DNA from: Chlorokybus atmophyticus | Lineage: Eukaryota > Plantae > Mesostigma and Chlorokybus algae | Length of the DNA stretch: 64,000 bases | Assembly: GCA_009103225.1 (NCBI GenBank) | Contig: RHPI01002503.1 | Location: 1,293,987-1,357,986 of the forward strand | Direction of reading: 5' to 3' | Part shown: positions 25,726 to 37,859 of the stretch, piece after piece | How the letters are laid out: each line of letters opens with the position of its first letter | How positions within the stretch are numbered: the first letter of the stretch is position 1 | Notes under the pieces: generated by a model | Databases searched by the model: none | What the model was told of the DNA's origin: nothing | Seen by the model: only the letters and a program-made list of their open reading frames with translations | Translations under genes and position numbers: made by a program

Positions 25726-28700
25726 TGTAACAGCACCACCGTCGCCGGTGATGCCCCTTCAATCCTCCACCCCAACACCCACACCGCCTATAACAAGCCT
25801 GAGCAAAGAACGCAAAGTGAGGTCACATCAGTTTGATGTGACCTTTTATATCAAGAGTATATAAAATATATACCTCTCGATAATAAAATCACAACTACAC
25901 ATCGACCCTACCAATAGGGTAATTAGGAAATCTAGCGTGAGCCAATCGCAGCTTAGATAAGGTACCTATCGATACGATACCTACCGAAAAATACATATCG
26001 TACGGTACCTAACGAGATAGTGATCACATTTTATTAAAAGTGACATTAAATAGACTTGAATAAGCGCTTCTACACCCATTGGGACTTATTTAAGCTATGA
26101 TAAAGCATCATAGCCTTAAATAAGCGAGGAACCGTAGAAAAGAGGTACAAATAAGCATATTTAGATACTTATTCATATAGAATGTGTTATCTAGGTAGCA
26201 ATAATACCCCTATTAATATTTCTCCCGTTACATTCCCCCCCACTTGGGTTTTTAACGTCCTCGTTGAGCTCAAGTTGATCAGGCTTGATTTCTAGTAATT
26301 GTAACCAGTGAGATAGCAGGAAATGACAGGGTGGTATTGAAACTGCACTGCCAGTTTGTCATAAAACCAAGCCCACAGTTTACGGGACAGGACGTGAATC
26401 TGAATAAGCTCGCGGCAGTGCGTAAGATGCATGTCGGGCTCCCAACTGTTATGTTCCGGGCCATACCCTTTCCATTTCACCAATTAGCGAGTTGCGCGTC
26501 CTCGACTATTTAGCTTATGGTTCAATATATGATCCACCTCGTATTCGAGCTCGCTGTCCACCTCAATTGGCGGTGGTGGAGGTTGTGTGTTACCGTCTGA
26601 GCGGTAAGGTTTCAACAAGTTCACATAGAACACGTTGTGTATACGCACACTTGAGAGCAATTGCAGTCGATAAGCGTGCGTACCAACTCTATCAGTGATA
26701 GAGTAGGTACGCACGCTTAAAGAAAGGACTAACCATCGGGGCAGCAACTTGCGAGCACCCGTACCTTTGATGGTTATGTTCTTTGCGTTAAGCAAAACTT
26801 TATCGCCGACATCGAAAGTGGCCATTCTTCAATGTGTATCAGCATGAGCTTTTTGCCTGGCCTGTGCTTTTGACAGACATAGCTTGGCTCGAGCCAAATC
26901 TTCTTGCGTATTAATGGCAAATTCTTTTGCCGCTGTTACAGTCAGGGCATTGCGAGGTACACGCAATGACGCTGGTGTGTTCGGGCGAATCCCATAATTT
27001 AAGAAAAAGGGGGTTTCATTTACACTTTCCTGCCACGCGATGTTCACAGCGAACTCTGCCATTGGCAAGTACCTGTCCCAAGCAGCATGGGTAGGAGCCA
27101 CATAATGGTGAAGCATTTCTTCCATTATTTGATTTGCTCGCTCAATTTGTCCGTTGGTTTGCGGTGGAAAGCAATTGATATGCTTTGTTTTACCCCCAAC
27201 AATTCACAGACTTCTCTCCAAAACTTGGAGACAAACCGAGGATCACGATCTTTGATGAGCTCACGCGGTACACCGTGAACTCGAAAGACCGTGGACACAA
27301 ATAAATGTGCTAAGTCCCGTGCACTCACAGTTGTGCAACACGGGGCAAAATGCACCATAATGGTCAAACGGTCGACAAAAACCACAATAGCAGTATATTC
27401 GGATGCTGTTTTTGGTAGGTCAGTAATTAAATCCATTCTGACACTATCCCACTTTTGTTCTAAAATTACCAATGGTTTAAGCAATCCCGCTTGTTTTTGT
27501 CGTATGGCTTATTACGTTGACACACGTCACATGTGCGAACATATTGATCCACATCAGCTGACAATAACGGCCATGAGTATAATTGTTGCTCAGCCTTGAG
27601 TGTTTTGTGTTTCCCCAAATGCCCAGCATACGGCGGGTCATGCACTGAATGTAAGCATTGCTTACGCAAGTCGCCCGAGTTGGGAATTGCCAACTGCTCC
27701 CCTTTATACCACAGGTTGGTAATAGCAATAAGCTGTTGCAAGTTGGTTTGATTGCTAAACCAATCATCTGAGTTATAACCTGTTGCCACTTCCTTTAGGA
27801 AAGGATCTTCAGGTTGTAACACATACGCGTACTTCGAAAGCGCGTAAGTGCCAAAAGAGCAGGGCTACGACTTGGTGGGTCCAGCACATTGGTGCGACCC
27901 GGACTGTATTGCCAAGCGAAAGTGAAACGAGAAATGAATTCATTCCACCTAGCTTGCCGCCTCGACAGGTTCTGTTGCATATGAAAAAATGTGAGCGGGT
28001 TGTGATCAGTAGTCACTGAAAACTCCACACCTTGCAAGTAGCAACGCCATGTGCGCAGCGCGTGCACCACCCCGAGCAATTCCTGCTCAGTGGTTGTGTA
28101 ATTACGTTCAGCAGAAATGAACTTACTGCTTTCATATGCACATGGTCGATCAACCTGTAGAAGGACTGCCCCACACCCAATGGTGGAAGCATCACTGATC
28201 ACCACAAAAGGCTTGGTGTGGTCGGGAAGGTTAACACAGGGGCTTGTATTAATGCATCTTCAATGCGTGTACAAGCAACCTCGTGTGCCTCCGTCCACAC
28301 AAATTTAACATCTTTTCTTAGTAAAGATGTTAAAGGATTTGCCATGCTAGAATATGCTCGTATGAGCTTGCGGAAATAATTAGCTAGCCCCAAGAAAGCA
28401 CGTAACTGATGTACATCCTTAGGTGGTGGCCAATCCTTCACTGCACACACCTTTTGAGGATCTGGTTTCAATCCTTCTTTGCCAATCACATGCCCTAAAA
28501 AGGGTAGTTCATCCTTTGCAAAGTTGCATTTGGACAGGTTGGCATGGAATTTGTGTTCGCGTAACTTAGCTAGAACCAATTTCACATGCTTGTGGTGTTC
28601 CTCCCGGGTTTTGCTGAACACAATAATGTTGTGAAGATATAGCAGTACAAACTTGTACAATTCATCAGCAAATACCGCGTTCATTGCTGCCTGAATGTAG

Positions 28701-29288
28701 CTGGTGCATTTGTTAACCCAAATGGTAACACTTTATACTCAAAGTGTCCTAATGGGGTGCGAAATGCAGTTTTTTGTATATCTGACGGGTGGATTTTGAT
28801 TTGATGATAACCACTGATCAAATCCAATGTGCTGAACATTATTGCACCTGACAGCTTATCAAACAAATCATCAATTTGAGGCAAAGGGTATCTATTTTTT
28901 ACGGTTACCTTGTTCAACGCACGATAATCAATACACATGCGTAGCTTCCCATTCTTGTGGGGCACAAACAAAATCGGTGCACCAAAAGGAGATATGCTCT
29001 TTGTTATCAAACCTTTGTCCAATAACTCTTTGAGCTGTTTTTCCATTTCCGCGTGTTCTAAGGGACTTAGCCTATAGATAGGCCGCCAAGGTGGCTTTGC
29101 CCCCTCTTTCAACGGAATGGTATGATGCATGTTTCTATTAGGAGGCAACTTCGGGACTTCATCCTGAAATAAATCTGCGTATTGTTCCGTAAGTGATTGC
29201 ACCACAGGGTCAGTTACGGCTCCCGTTACAGGTTGGATGTAGGCATACACGAGGAGAATGAGCCCTTCTGGACGGTTAGTGTGACAGC
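25726..29288 (-). mobile_element. Degenerate Ty3/gypsy chromovirus (RT-RNaseH-INT-chromodomain), 5'-truncated, with 3' LTR at 25726-26232
   Basis: Minus-strand pol fragments: RT ([35 protein letters not shown], catalytic YLDD decayed to YLHN), RNase H (SDAS..GAVL, YTTTEQELL, TDHNPL), integrase (HDPPYAGHLG, MDLITDLP, DRDPRFVSKFW) and chromodomain (EYEVDHIL...LVKWKGYGPEHNSWEP). PPT GGGGGGGAA precedes a 507-bp LTR with TGTAAC...GTTACA ends. Many frameshifts and stops. Confidence 0.95.
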
Positions 29289-31396
29289 TGTCGGGTTGCC
29301 TTGGTCCGAGCACTGCACCGTCTCGAAAAACATCAAAGGAACTAAGTTATGGCTGAGGAAGCAGGGCAATGATAGCCAGCGCACTATTGTAGTATTGGGT
29401 GAAGGCAAAAGAGTACCCCCCTGCTGGAAGTGTGCAGTGGAAAGTGGAGAGGTGACCACGATGCCATAGATGAGGTAGAACGGGCGGGGTGTCATGATAC
29501 TCAGCTGCAGTTACTTATAAGTCAACAAGCTACCCCCCCTGAGGCCTGTGGAAGTCCCTACTGCAGCACTTAGTTTGATGGGGGGGAAGGGGGAGGGGAG
29601 TTTGGTGGTCCGTGGGTGCGGCAGCCGTCGCACCGGTAGGCTTCAAAGAAAACCTTCTGCATAGGAGGGTCCACGCAATAGCAGTGCATGCTATTGATGC
29701 ATCCGTTGCACAACATTATGAGGACATCGTCATCGCACTACCGCACTGATCACAACGCTTGCTGCGGAGAGGGCGTGGATAATGGATGGTGTTGAAGCCT
29801 GCCACTTGTGGAAGGTGACAATGCGCGCAGTTGGTGACGATGTCCTTGAATCGCTCGCCGTCGGTGCCGAAGAGATCAAGGATTCCGGAGGGATATGCTT
29901 ACAAGACTTTGTAGCTGACGCGATAGACGCTGATGTTCAGGGTGTCCCGTGTGCGGGTCATGCGGTATATAGAGTCACCTGCTTTGAAGCGCCGGTTGCG
30001 CTGTTTGTAAGGGCCGTTGCGGACACGATAATGCAAGGTGTCGCGGTGCTAAGCAATGCGCAGATTGCTCATGGCCATGGGGATCAGGTGATAGAAGAGG
30101 TCGGCGCATGCTTTCGTGTCGTAACGCATGAGGACTGGGTCCTCAAGATTGTCCAGCACCCGTGCCGCGTCATGCTGGGCGCGGAAGGGGAGCAATGGCT
30201 CGCGACCGAACAGCTGTTGGTAAGGGCTGTACTTGTTGAGAGCGGTTTGCTTGGACAAGCAGTAGTAATGCCAGCCAGGGGAGGTACTCATCCCAGGTGC
30301 GCTTCTCGTGCTCAATGGCATACTTCCGTAGCGCCTTCTTGATAGTCCGAATAATATGTTCAGATAGGCCATCTGCCTGAGGGTCTCGTGAAGTGCGCTA
30401 GTGGTTGAGATACGCGTGGCTGAGGAGATCGTCGAACTCTCTAAAGAACTCGGTGCCCTGGTCACCACATCAGCGCACGAGCTGAAGAGACCGAGGACAA
30501 TCTCTAGAAAAGTGTTGGAGACTCCTCTGCTGCTCTTGTGAGAAGTGCTCAATCGTGACGAGGATATACCTGTTGCCGCGGAAAGAGAGGACAAGGTCCT
30601 CGAGGATGTCGAGGCCCCAGCCGTAGAACATCCCAGCGATGGGCAGTGGGTGCGAGATGGTGGTGCGCGTATTGAGGCTGGCGTTTACGAGGTCACCGTG
30701 TGAGCAAGTGCCTACGTAAGCACGGACTTGTGTGTACATGCCATGCTACTAGTACTGTGCGAGTACCAAGCTGATGATGCGCTTGACACCAAGGTCCCAG
30801 CTTGGTATGGAGAGCGGTGATCACGCCCTCTCGTAGATAGGGAGAAGGGACCTCCTTGTCTTCGATGCAAATGCGTTGCAGCAGGCGGTCGCCCGTCAAG
30901 TGGCGGTACCGTGTGCGTTGGCTGACACGGTTGTGCTCCCTTACGACGAGGACTGCAAGCATGTGCCCTTGTTGCAGGATGGCTAGGGAGGTGGTGTCCA
31001 GCCTGATGTCCTAACGGAGGTCAGTGGGTGGCAAGTTGCCACTGGCAACTTAATGTCGTCGACACCCCCCTCGTCGGAGATGTTGGGTGCTGGTTTCAGA
31101 GCAGGCATGTCTTGGTCTTCATTGTGCAAAGATGGTGGCGTTTCCATTGTGGCTGTGGCCTGGCTCGGATGCAGTAATGTTGTGTCTGTTGTGGCTGTGG
31201 TGCAGCCCGGATGCGGCGAGGCTGTGTTTGTTGTGGTTGTGGTGCAGCCCGAACACAATGCTGCTACATCAAACATGGTGCCTGTTCCTGATGGAGAAGC
31301 TGAAGATGTCAACGCGTGGCGAGCTCCGGTGGCGTCATTCCTGAAGAGGTGAGGATTGCGGCTGAGGCCGTCATCGTTCTGGTTAGCGAGGCCTTC
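29289..31396 (-). mobile_element. Degenerate Ty3/gypsy fragment (RNase H end, integrase, PHD finger) with 3' LTR at 29289-29527
   Basis: Minus strand: RNase H tail GLANQNDDGLSRNP (31396 downward); integrase REGVITALHTKLG, WGLDIL, RGNRYILVTIEHFS, SPYQQLFGREPLLP, NCAHCHLP; then a PHD finger at 29754-29621 (one frameshift), a stop, a G-rich PPT and the LTR TGTTGAC...CGACA. Confidence 0.85.
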
Positions 31397-33952
31397 TGTT
31401 GAACACTGAGCTAGCGCTGGTCAACTACAGCATACAAATGCACTAGAACATACACACAAGGCGTGCACACAAGGCATGCAAAGGGGTTTCACCCGAACCA
31501 ACAACTTGTTAATTCTGTTCGCCTTTATACCAGCCAGACTACACATGACTACTTTAGCAAGCACCGCGTGAGCTATACTCAGCGGATTGCCAATACATAA
31601 GCTTAGTTGTCTAGCTTACAGCCAAAGCTTTCCAACAAGCTAAGCCACGCCTCTTAAGGCTAAGTATACGCGGTTCTCGCCGTTCTCCCAAGGCGTTGGC
31701 TGCGCCAGCCTCATGAGCAAGTCCGGAGTCTCCTGCTTGGTCATACTCAGCGTAGTGGACTCGATATCTGCTGCAGACTCATGGCTGATCGATATCAGCT
31801 CATACTAATAGCAGTATCTCTAAGGCTCAAGCCTTAGAGAATTCACAAGCTGACTAGACTGAGCAGTGTGCAAGACTTGCGCATGCTAACACTCCCACGC
31901 ACGCAGCTTAGTAGACTCCAAGTCCTCCAGTGCAGTCATGGAACTTCTTCGTCACTAAAGGCTTGGTCATGCAGTCAGCCAGCATCTCCTCCGTGTTGCA
32001 GCACTTGATTGCCACCTTCTTCCTTGCTACACGCTCGCGCACGAAGTGGTGAATCACGTCAATGTGCTTTGACCGGATTAAAGCAATCGGATGCTTTAGC
32101 AGCTTGATTGCGCCTTGGTTGTTGCAGTTGATGCTGATGCAGCTTGGGTAGCATAAGTCCACCATCTGCTCTTCAACCACAATGCCTCCTTCACTGCCGA
32201 TGAGGCAGCCATGTACTCCGCCTCTGCTGTCGAGGCAGCCACGGCAGGTTGCAGTTTACTGTTTCAGCTAACATCTCCACCATTAATTAGGAACGCGTAG
32301 CCAGTAGTTGACCTCCTCATATCAAGATTCCTAGCGTAGTCAGCGTCACAGTAGCCCTCCAACTCCTTGTCACCAGCTCCCTCTCCAAAGTGAATGCCCA
32401 CGCTTGTGCTCCCCATCACATAACGCAGCAACTCCTTTGCAGCTCTCCAATGCTCCATGGTGGGTACTGACATGTAGCGTGCAAGCACTCCCACAGCATG
32501 TGCGATGGCATAATGCTCACGGACATGTAAAGCATGCTCCCAGCCCACTCACTGCAAGGGAACTTGCTCCTGTCGAGGTGCTCTGTCTCACTCATTGCTC
32601 GCTGCAGCTTGGCTCCCACGGACATAGGTGTCGCCTTGCCTTTGGCGTCTCCCATTGCAAACTTCTCCACGATCCTTCGCGCCATTAATCCCTGGCTAGT
32701 CTTGGCTGTCTTGTTGTCCGTGTCCCTCTCGATCACCATGCTCAGAAACAGCTATGCCTCTCCCAAGTCCCTCATGTCAAAGGCAGACTTGAGAGATGTC
32801 TTCACCTCCTCCCAGTCCTTCAGCTTCTTTGCAGCAGCCATGATGTCGTCGACGTAGACCAACAGCCAAACCTTCTTCTCCTTGTGCGTGAAGAGTTCAG
32901 GATCAGCTTCAGAAGGTGTGAAGCCAATCTTCTCCAACTCCTTGGTGAGCCGGATGTGCCATACTCTTGGCGCTTGCTTGAGCCCGTACAATGCCTTTAC
33001 AAGTCTGCAAGCAGTGCCTGATTCTCCCTCCTCATAGCCCTTGGGTTGCTGCATGTAGATCTCCTCCTCCAACTCTCCGTAGAGGAATGCAGTCTTCACA
33101 TCCAAGTGGTGTAGCTCCCAATCCTCACCTACCACAAGTGCAAACATGGTGCGAAAGGTTACAAGCTTACTAGCAGGGGCGAACACCTCATTGAAGTCAA
33201 TGCCCTCTTGCTGCAAGTACCCCTTTACCACCAATCGTGCCTTGTATCTCTCGATGCGGCCTTGCCCATCGCGCTTAATTTTGTACACCCATCTCACCGG
33301 TAAGGGCTTCACTTCAGGTGGGACCTTCTCCAGCCTCCATGTGCCGTTGGCGTGCAAGGATGCTATCTCCTCGTCCATCGCATGTTGCCACAGCTTTGTG
33401 TCTCGGGCTGTTATTGCCTCCTCATATGTGGTAGGCTTCTCCTCCTTGGTTAATGCTGCCAAGCTTTTAAAGCGTCCTTCCTCAGGTCTCGTGCTTCTCA
33501 GCATATACCTGGGCTCCTCCTGGACCTCCACAGCTTCTTCCGATGCTTGTTGCTGAGACTGATGGCTGGTGTATGTAGTTCGATCCTCAAAGTGCGGAAT
33601 GTTGTTGAATGGTGACTCCTCCATATGGGGGTCCTCCTCCTCCTCAACAACAACCTCTAGGACATCACCTGTGAAGCCTTCCTCCATAAACATCACATCC
33701 CTACTCACCACCACCTTGTTGTCTTCCAGCAGCACGCGGTAGACCTTTTGAGTTGAACTCATAGCCAAGATAAACACGCCCTTTTTGCTCTTGGGCGCCG
33801 GCTTCTTTTGCAATCGCTTGGGGATGAAAGCATACGCTGTAGAGCCGAAAACCTTCAACATAGAGATGTCTGGCCTTTGCTTGGTGAAAAGCTTCCACGA
33901 TGTCTTTGCTTGAGATGCTTTCGGTGAGCAATTGCGCACATACGCTGCAGGC
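31397..33952 (-). mobile_element. Degenerate Ty1/copia fragment (integrase C-terminus, RT, RNase H) with 3' LTR at 31397-31891
   Basis: Domain order INT-RT-RH. Integrase tail AYVRNCSP..KVFGSTAYAFIP; RT WVYKIKRDGQGRIERYKARLV, LDVKTAFLYG, LYGLKQAPRVW, LVYVDDI; RNase H GYCDADYA, STAEAEY, KHIDVIHHFVRE, ADCMTKPL. The 495-bp LTR reads TGTTAG...TCAACA on the minus strand. Confidence 0.93.
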
Positions 33953-33959
33953 TGGCTAA

Positions 33960-35052
33960 AGTCATTCTCTGTTCCTTACTTATGTAAGTAAGAGACCGGG
34001 TGCGATTTCCATGTCATAAGCATGTGTAGTGCTTGTGGGGTGGCTCTCACGTGGTCTGCTCTTGAGCCTATGAGGCCTTGAGTGAGATAAACTACACAAG
34101 GTATTGCATATCAGCAAGCACAGAGCTGGTCGATACCCTTGAGACATGGCCATGTGAGCCATGTGTCCGCATGTGTGTGCATATGTTTGCATGTGCATCT
34201 GTCCGCATATGAGTGCATATGTGAGGATATGAGGTACATACTAAATGTATGCATGTGTATGCATGCATGCGCATATGTGTGCATATGCGCGCATATGCAT
34301 GCATAGGGATGCATATGTATGCATGTGTGTGATGTCCTAGGCTAATCTGACCAGCCAAAGACGTTCACATGGCCCAAGGGTGATGTTTGTGATGTCCAAG
34401 GCTGATCTGACCAGCCAAGGACGTTCATAATGTCTGAGGCTGATGTGTGATCAGTCTTGGACATCAAACAAGAGGTCCAAGGTTTGATGTGGCAGCCCTA
34501 GATATGAGTTGTGGTCAACGCAGCCATGACAGGGTAAGTAGCCTTGGACTTGGATGTTCCAGGTTGGAGAGCAGCAAAGAGGGGGTATATGAATGGCCTC
34601 AACAAGCGTTGAAGGGGCTCAGCATGTGCATACCGGACTTTTGTGTGTGGGGTGCCTAGTTTAGTTGTTCAAGGGGCTCTCCCTCTCATCCCATGTGGGG
34701 TGTGATGCTTGTGGCAGCTCTGCACATGTGTGTGGGGTGTGCTTGAGTGTGCATGTGTGCGGGAGCTGATTGGAGAGGTTGGTGGCATCCTCTCATTCCT
34801 TGGTGCGGTACTGTGACTTCCCCTTCAAGGTATTGCACCGTGTGTTGCTCGTCGGGCTTCCGAAAGTAAGTCCTTGTGCTTGTGCATAAATTTGCCAAGC
34901 CGTCCAGCAAGTAAGTGAGTGGTATCGTTACACCATGCCTAGACCGCTAGGGTATAAATAGCTGCTGTTCTCAGTCTGTATAATTGGAGAGAGAGCTCAA
35001 TTTTGAGTCTGGAGCCTTGACTGGCACACTGGCGACTAGGGTTTGTGTAACA
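33960..35052 (+). mobile_element. Non-coding LTR-like sequence that truncates the copia element
   Basis: No ORF. Contains a 60-bp-period duplication (34329-34429), TATAAATA near 34953, and ends in TGTAACA at 35052. Left boundary not defined and no partner LTR seen. Confidence 0.3.
34329..34429. repeat. Two-copy direct repeat, 60-bp period
   Basis: gtgatgtcctaggctaatctgaccagccaaagacgttcaca (34329-34369) versus gtgatgtccaaggctgatctgaccagccaaggacgttcata (34389-34429). Confidence 0.85.
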
Positions 35053-36462
35053 AGTGAGCTCCAACCATTAGGCTTTGATAGCAAATGATGCTACCATAAG
35101 TGAGGTCTGTTACAATTTATCCCAAATCGTGATAGTCTGTGTATGCTGTGCATGGTGGCATGCAAGGGCGCTACTGGATGTGTATGAGCTTGCACAATAT
35201 AGCTGTCACGCCTCCTGAGCTGCATACACTTCAAGTTGATAGACCCGCCTAAACCCGTCTAGGCAACTTAAAACCTGCTGCGCCAGCCTGAAGTCTTAGG
35301 CTGTACTCTGAGGAGTCTGGATAGTCTGCGCCCTCAGTCACCTCCGCGTCCTCCAAGTCAAGAGCTCAGCGGCAGCGGTTGCAAACAGCCGAGCATTACG
35401 CATTATATACTCACACATGGAAGGAACAGATATCTGCAACCTATCGTCATGCTATGCTATAGCAAGCGGTGTCGTGAGAACGAGTAAAGCCTTGCCTTGT
35501 AGATGTGACAATAGGTATGTCATCAATGCAAAGCTAAAAGAGAAGTATGCAAGACGGGGATTAAATGGGCTTTGCAATGGAAATGTGTGACAAACGAATA
35601 ACAAGGTAATAATTAGCAGCATGCAATTCAGCATACAAGCCATGCCGTAACACGTAAGTTGCAAACGATAAGTAGATTGCAACCGAATATGATCTCATGT
35701 GCAGATTTGATGTTTAGAGGAGAATGTATGGAATTATTCCAACCCTCAATGGCATGGCAAGTTTGCAGTGTGCCGTAATAGTCCGTTATGGCACATGTAA
35801 GTATTGTTTATGCGCTGTGTGTATCAAGTATATACATATGCGGCGCATGATACCGGAGGCATACGGTGTGTACTTGCATGATGGTGCTCGCTTGCTTACG
35901 ATTATCATAAAGCATCGGCAGCATGCAAAGTGTCAACTTGCATCTGCAACACAAGGGTTCCGAACCTGGGCTATGATACTGCATGCGTACACGTGTACAA
36001 CCATTCATCCATGTGAGTTGATAACAATAAAACCTGCATGGAGTTCCATACAGCAAGTTGAAGGGATGTGTGTGCCAATATCCATGCAGCAGTCATAACC
36101 ACTCACAAACAAGATCCAGAGCAGCATAGTCAAAGCGGACTTGCTGATATTTATGGTTGCACACGCGCATGCAGCGCGTGCGCACACACACACGTGCATG
36201 CGTGCGTGCTCATTTGGCAGCTGCTGCTGTGTGGGCTCAGCCTTATATGCATACATAGCACCCATAGCAGCAGCTGTCAATGCAGCTTTGCTCATCATTG
36301 CTTGCAGCAAGACGCGTGCTGCTACTTTCAAGATACAATGACAACTACTGATGGCGGTAGCATCCGCTCGATGCTACCGCTGCTTGTCAACGTGAGGGGT
36401 GGCAACAACTCGGACTTGGGGGATTATCTCTGCACTGCCACATACTTAACAGTTCAGTCAGT

Positions 36463-36463
36463 T

Positions 36464-36495
<32 letters not shown>
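36463..36495. repeat. (GCA)n trinucleotide microsatellite
   Basis: About 10 tandem gca units. Confidence 0.9.
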
Positions 36496-36499
<4 letters not shown>

Positions 36500-37859
36500 G
36501 TGTGGGTAGCCTGCTGAGTAGTCCTCCAGCCATGCGATCGCCCAAGTGCCCGCTTGTCATCAGTGTGTGCACGTGCACAAGCACTGCCATGTTGTATGTA
36601 TGCGCCATTGCGTGTCTGAGTCCACCGCACGCGTGTACCCCCCTGCACAGGCTCACGCTACTACTGAGCAGATGTACAGCGCTCCGCTGATGTAACTGTA
36701 CCTGTAAGAACTCTGTTACAGCAAACCTGTAACTCTACACACTACCAGGGCTGGCACTGACCCGTAATGCTGCCCTACGAGGCCTGCATCACAGTTTGTG
36801 GCTATCAGCGGGTACGCTTACCGAGTGTGCCCGGCTGCAGTAGTAGATGCCCGGGGGGCTTTCTTCACTGCAAGCTTTATGAGTACAAATGGTGCCCAAG
36901 CTGCGCTTCCCCAAATGCTCACGTTTGCGCTTGCTTTGTGCATAGGTAACAACAGGGAGTTCACCATGGCCACTTTTGCAGCAGCTGGAGGTGGGTGGCG
37001 GAGAAGGAGTTTAGCTGACTGCTCTGGCTTGTGCTTGCAATGGCTGTGGAGTGCAAAGACTGAGTGTGGGTACATGTCTCAGCGTGTGTGCCAAGCATGT
37101 GCTAGGCAGGGCAACTTGTGTGTAAGCACGCGTTTTTGCTGCTGTATGTACGCCGGTACGTGCGCACAAGATTGGACAGCTTATAGCATAGATCCCATAA
37201 CTAGACATGTGTACCCCACAGGCACAGCAACGACCAGCAGCAGACGTAACACGCGCTTGCGCACACACAACCACTCGCTGTGGCACGTGCTGGCACCCAC
37301 CAAAAGCCACACATGCACAGACATACGCAGGCACGTGACCAGTGCACTGGTTGCGCTGCACACTTGCGCATAAGCAACATACGGGCTCGGGGCGGCAACA
37401 GTACCGTCAAGCCCAAAGTACTTGAAGCTAGAGTAGTTGAAGTAGTAGAAACAGAACGAGAGCACACAACTTTGCCCATCACAGGCGCAGCAGCATGATG
37501 TCAAGCAGGCTGTGTCTCAGTACTGCTGTGCGTGCAGAGTCAGCACAGCTGATGCGTGTACATCAGTATAGAATCAAAGGAGTTTGAAAACGTAGCAAAT
37601 AACCAGCAGGATGGTCGCATGCATATCGCGTTGGATGAGTGTAGAGGTTGGAATGAATAGCCATATGCTCCAATTGAAAGCATTGCTGCCTGGTTTGGAA
37701 AGCGTGACGTGTGTTCTCAATCTGCTGGAGGCTTTGCAGACTGTACAGAATAGAAGACACGCACATGGTTAGCGGAGTTGGGATAGTGCCAGCACAACCT
37801 ACTGCAATCGTATAGTGTACACAAATGCGTACGCATGCGTGTGCGAAGCAAGAGAACTG

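Noticed and set aside
29220-29230. 11-bp match (TGTAACGGGAG, minus strand) to the chromovirus LTR start inside its own pol
   Set aside because: It lies in frame within coding sequence (PVTGA), with no PPT before it and no further LTR similarity. Treated as probable coincidence.
10732-34932. Shared 14-mer tggtatcgttacac at about 10.73 kb and 34.92 kb, resembling a PBS
   Set aside because: Several exact 14-mer matches are expected by chance in 64 kb on two strands, and the flanks do not align.
35060-35410. Degenerate minus-strand PBS (tgctatcaaagc) and possible 5' LTR for the copia element
   Set aside because: The adjacent sequence does not align with the copia 3' LTR (31397-31891), so it cannot be paired with confidence.
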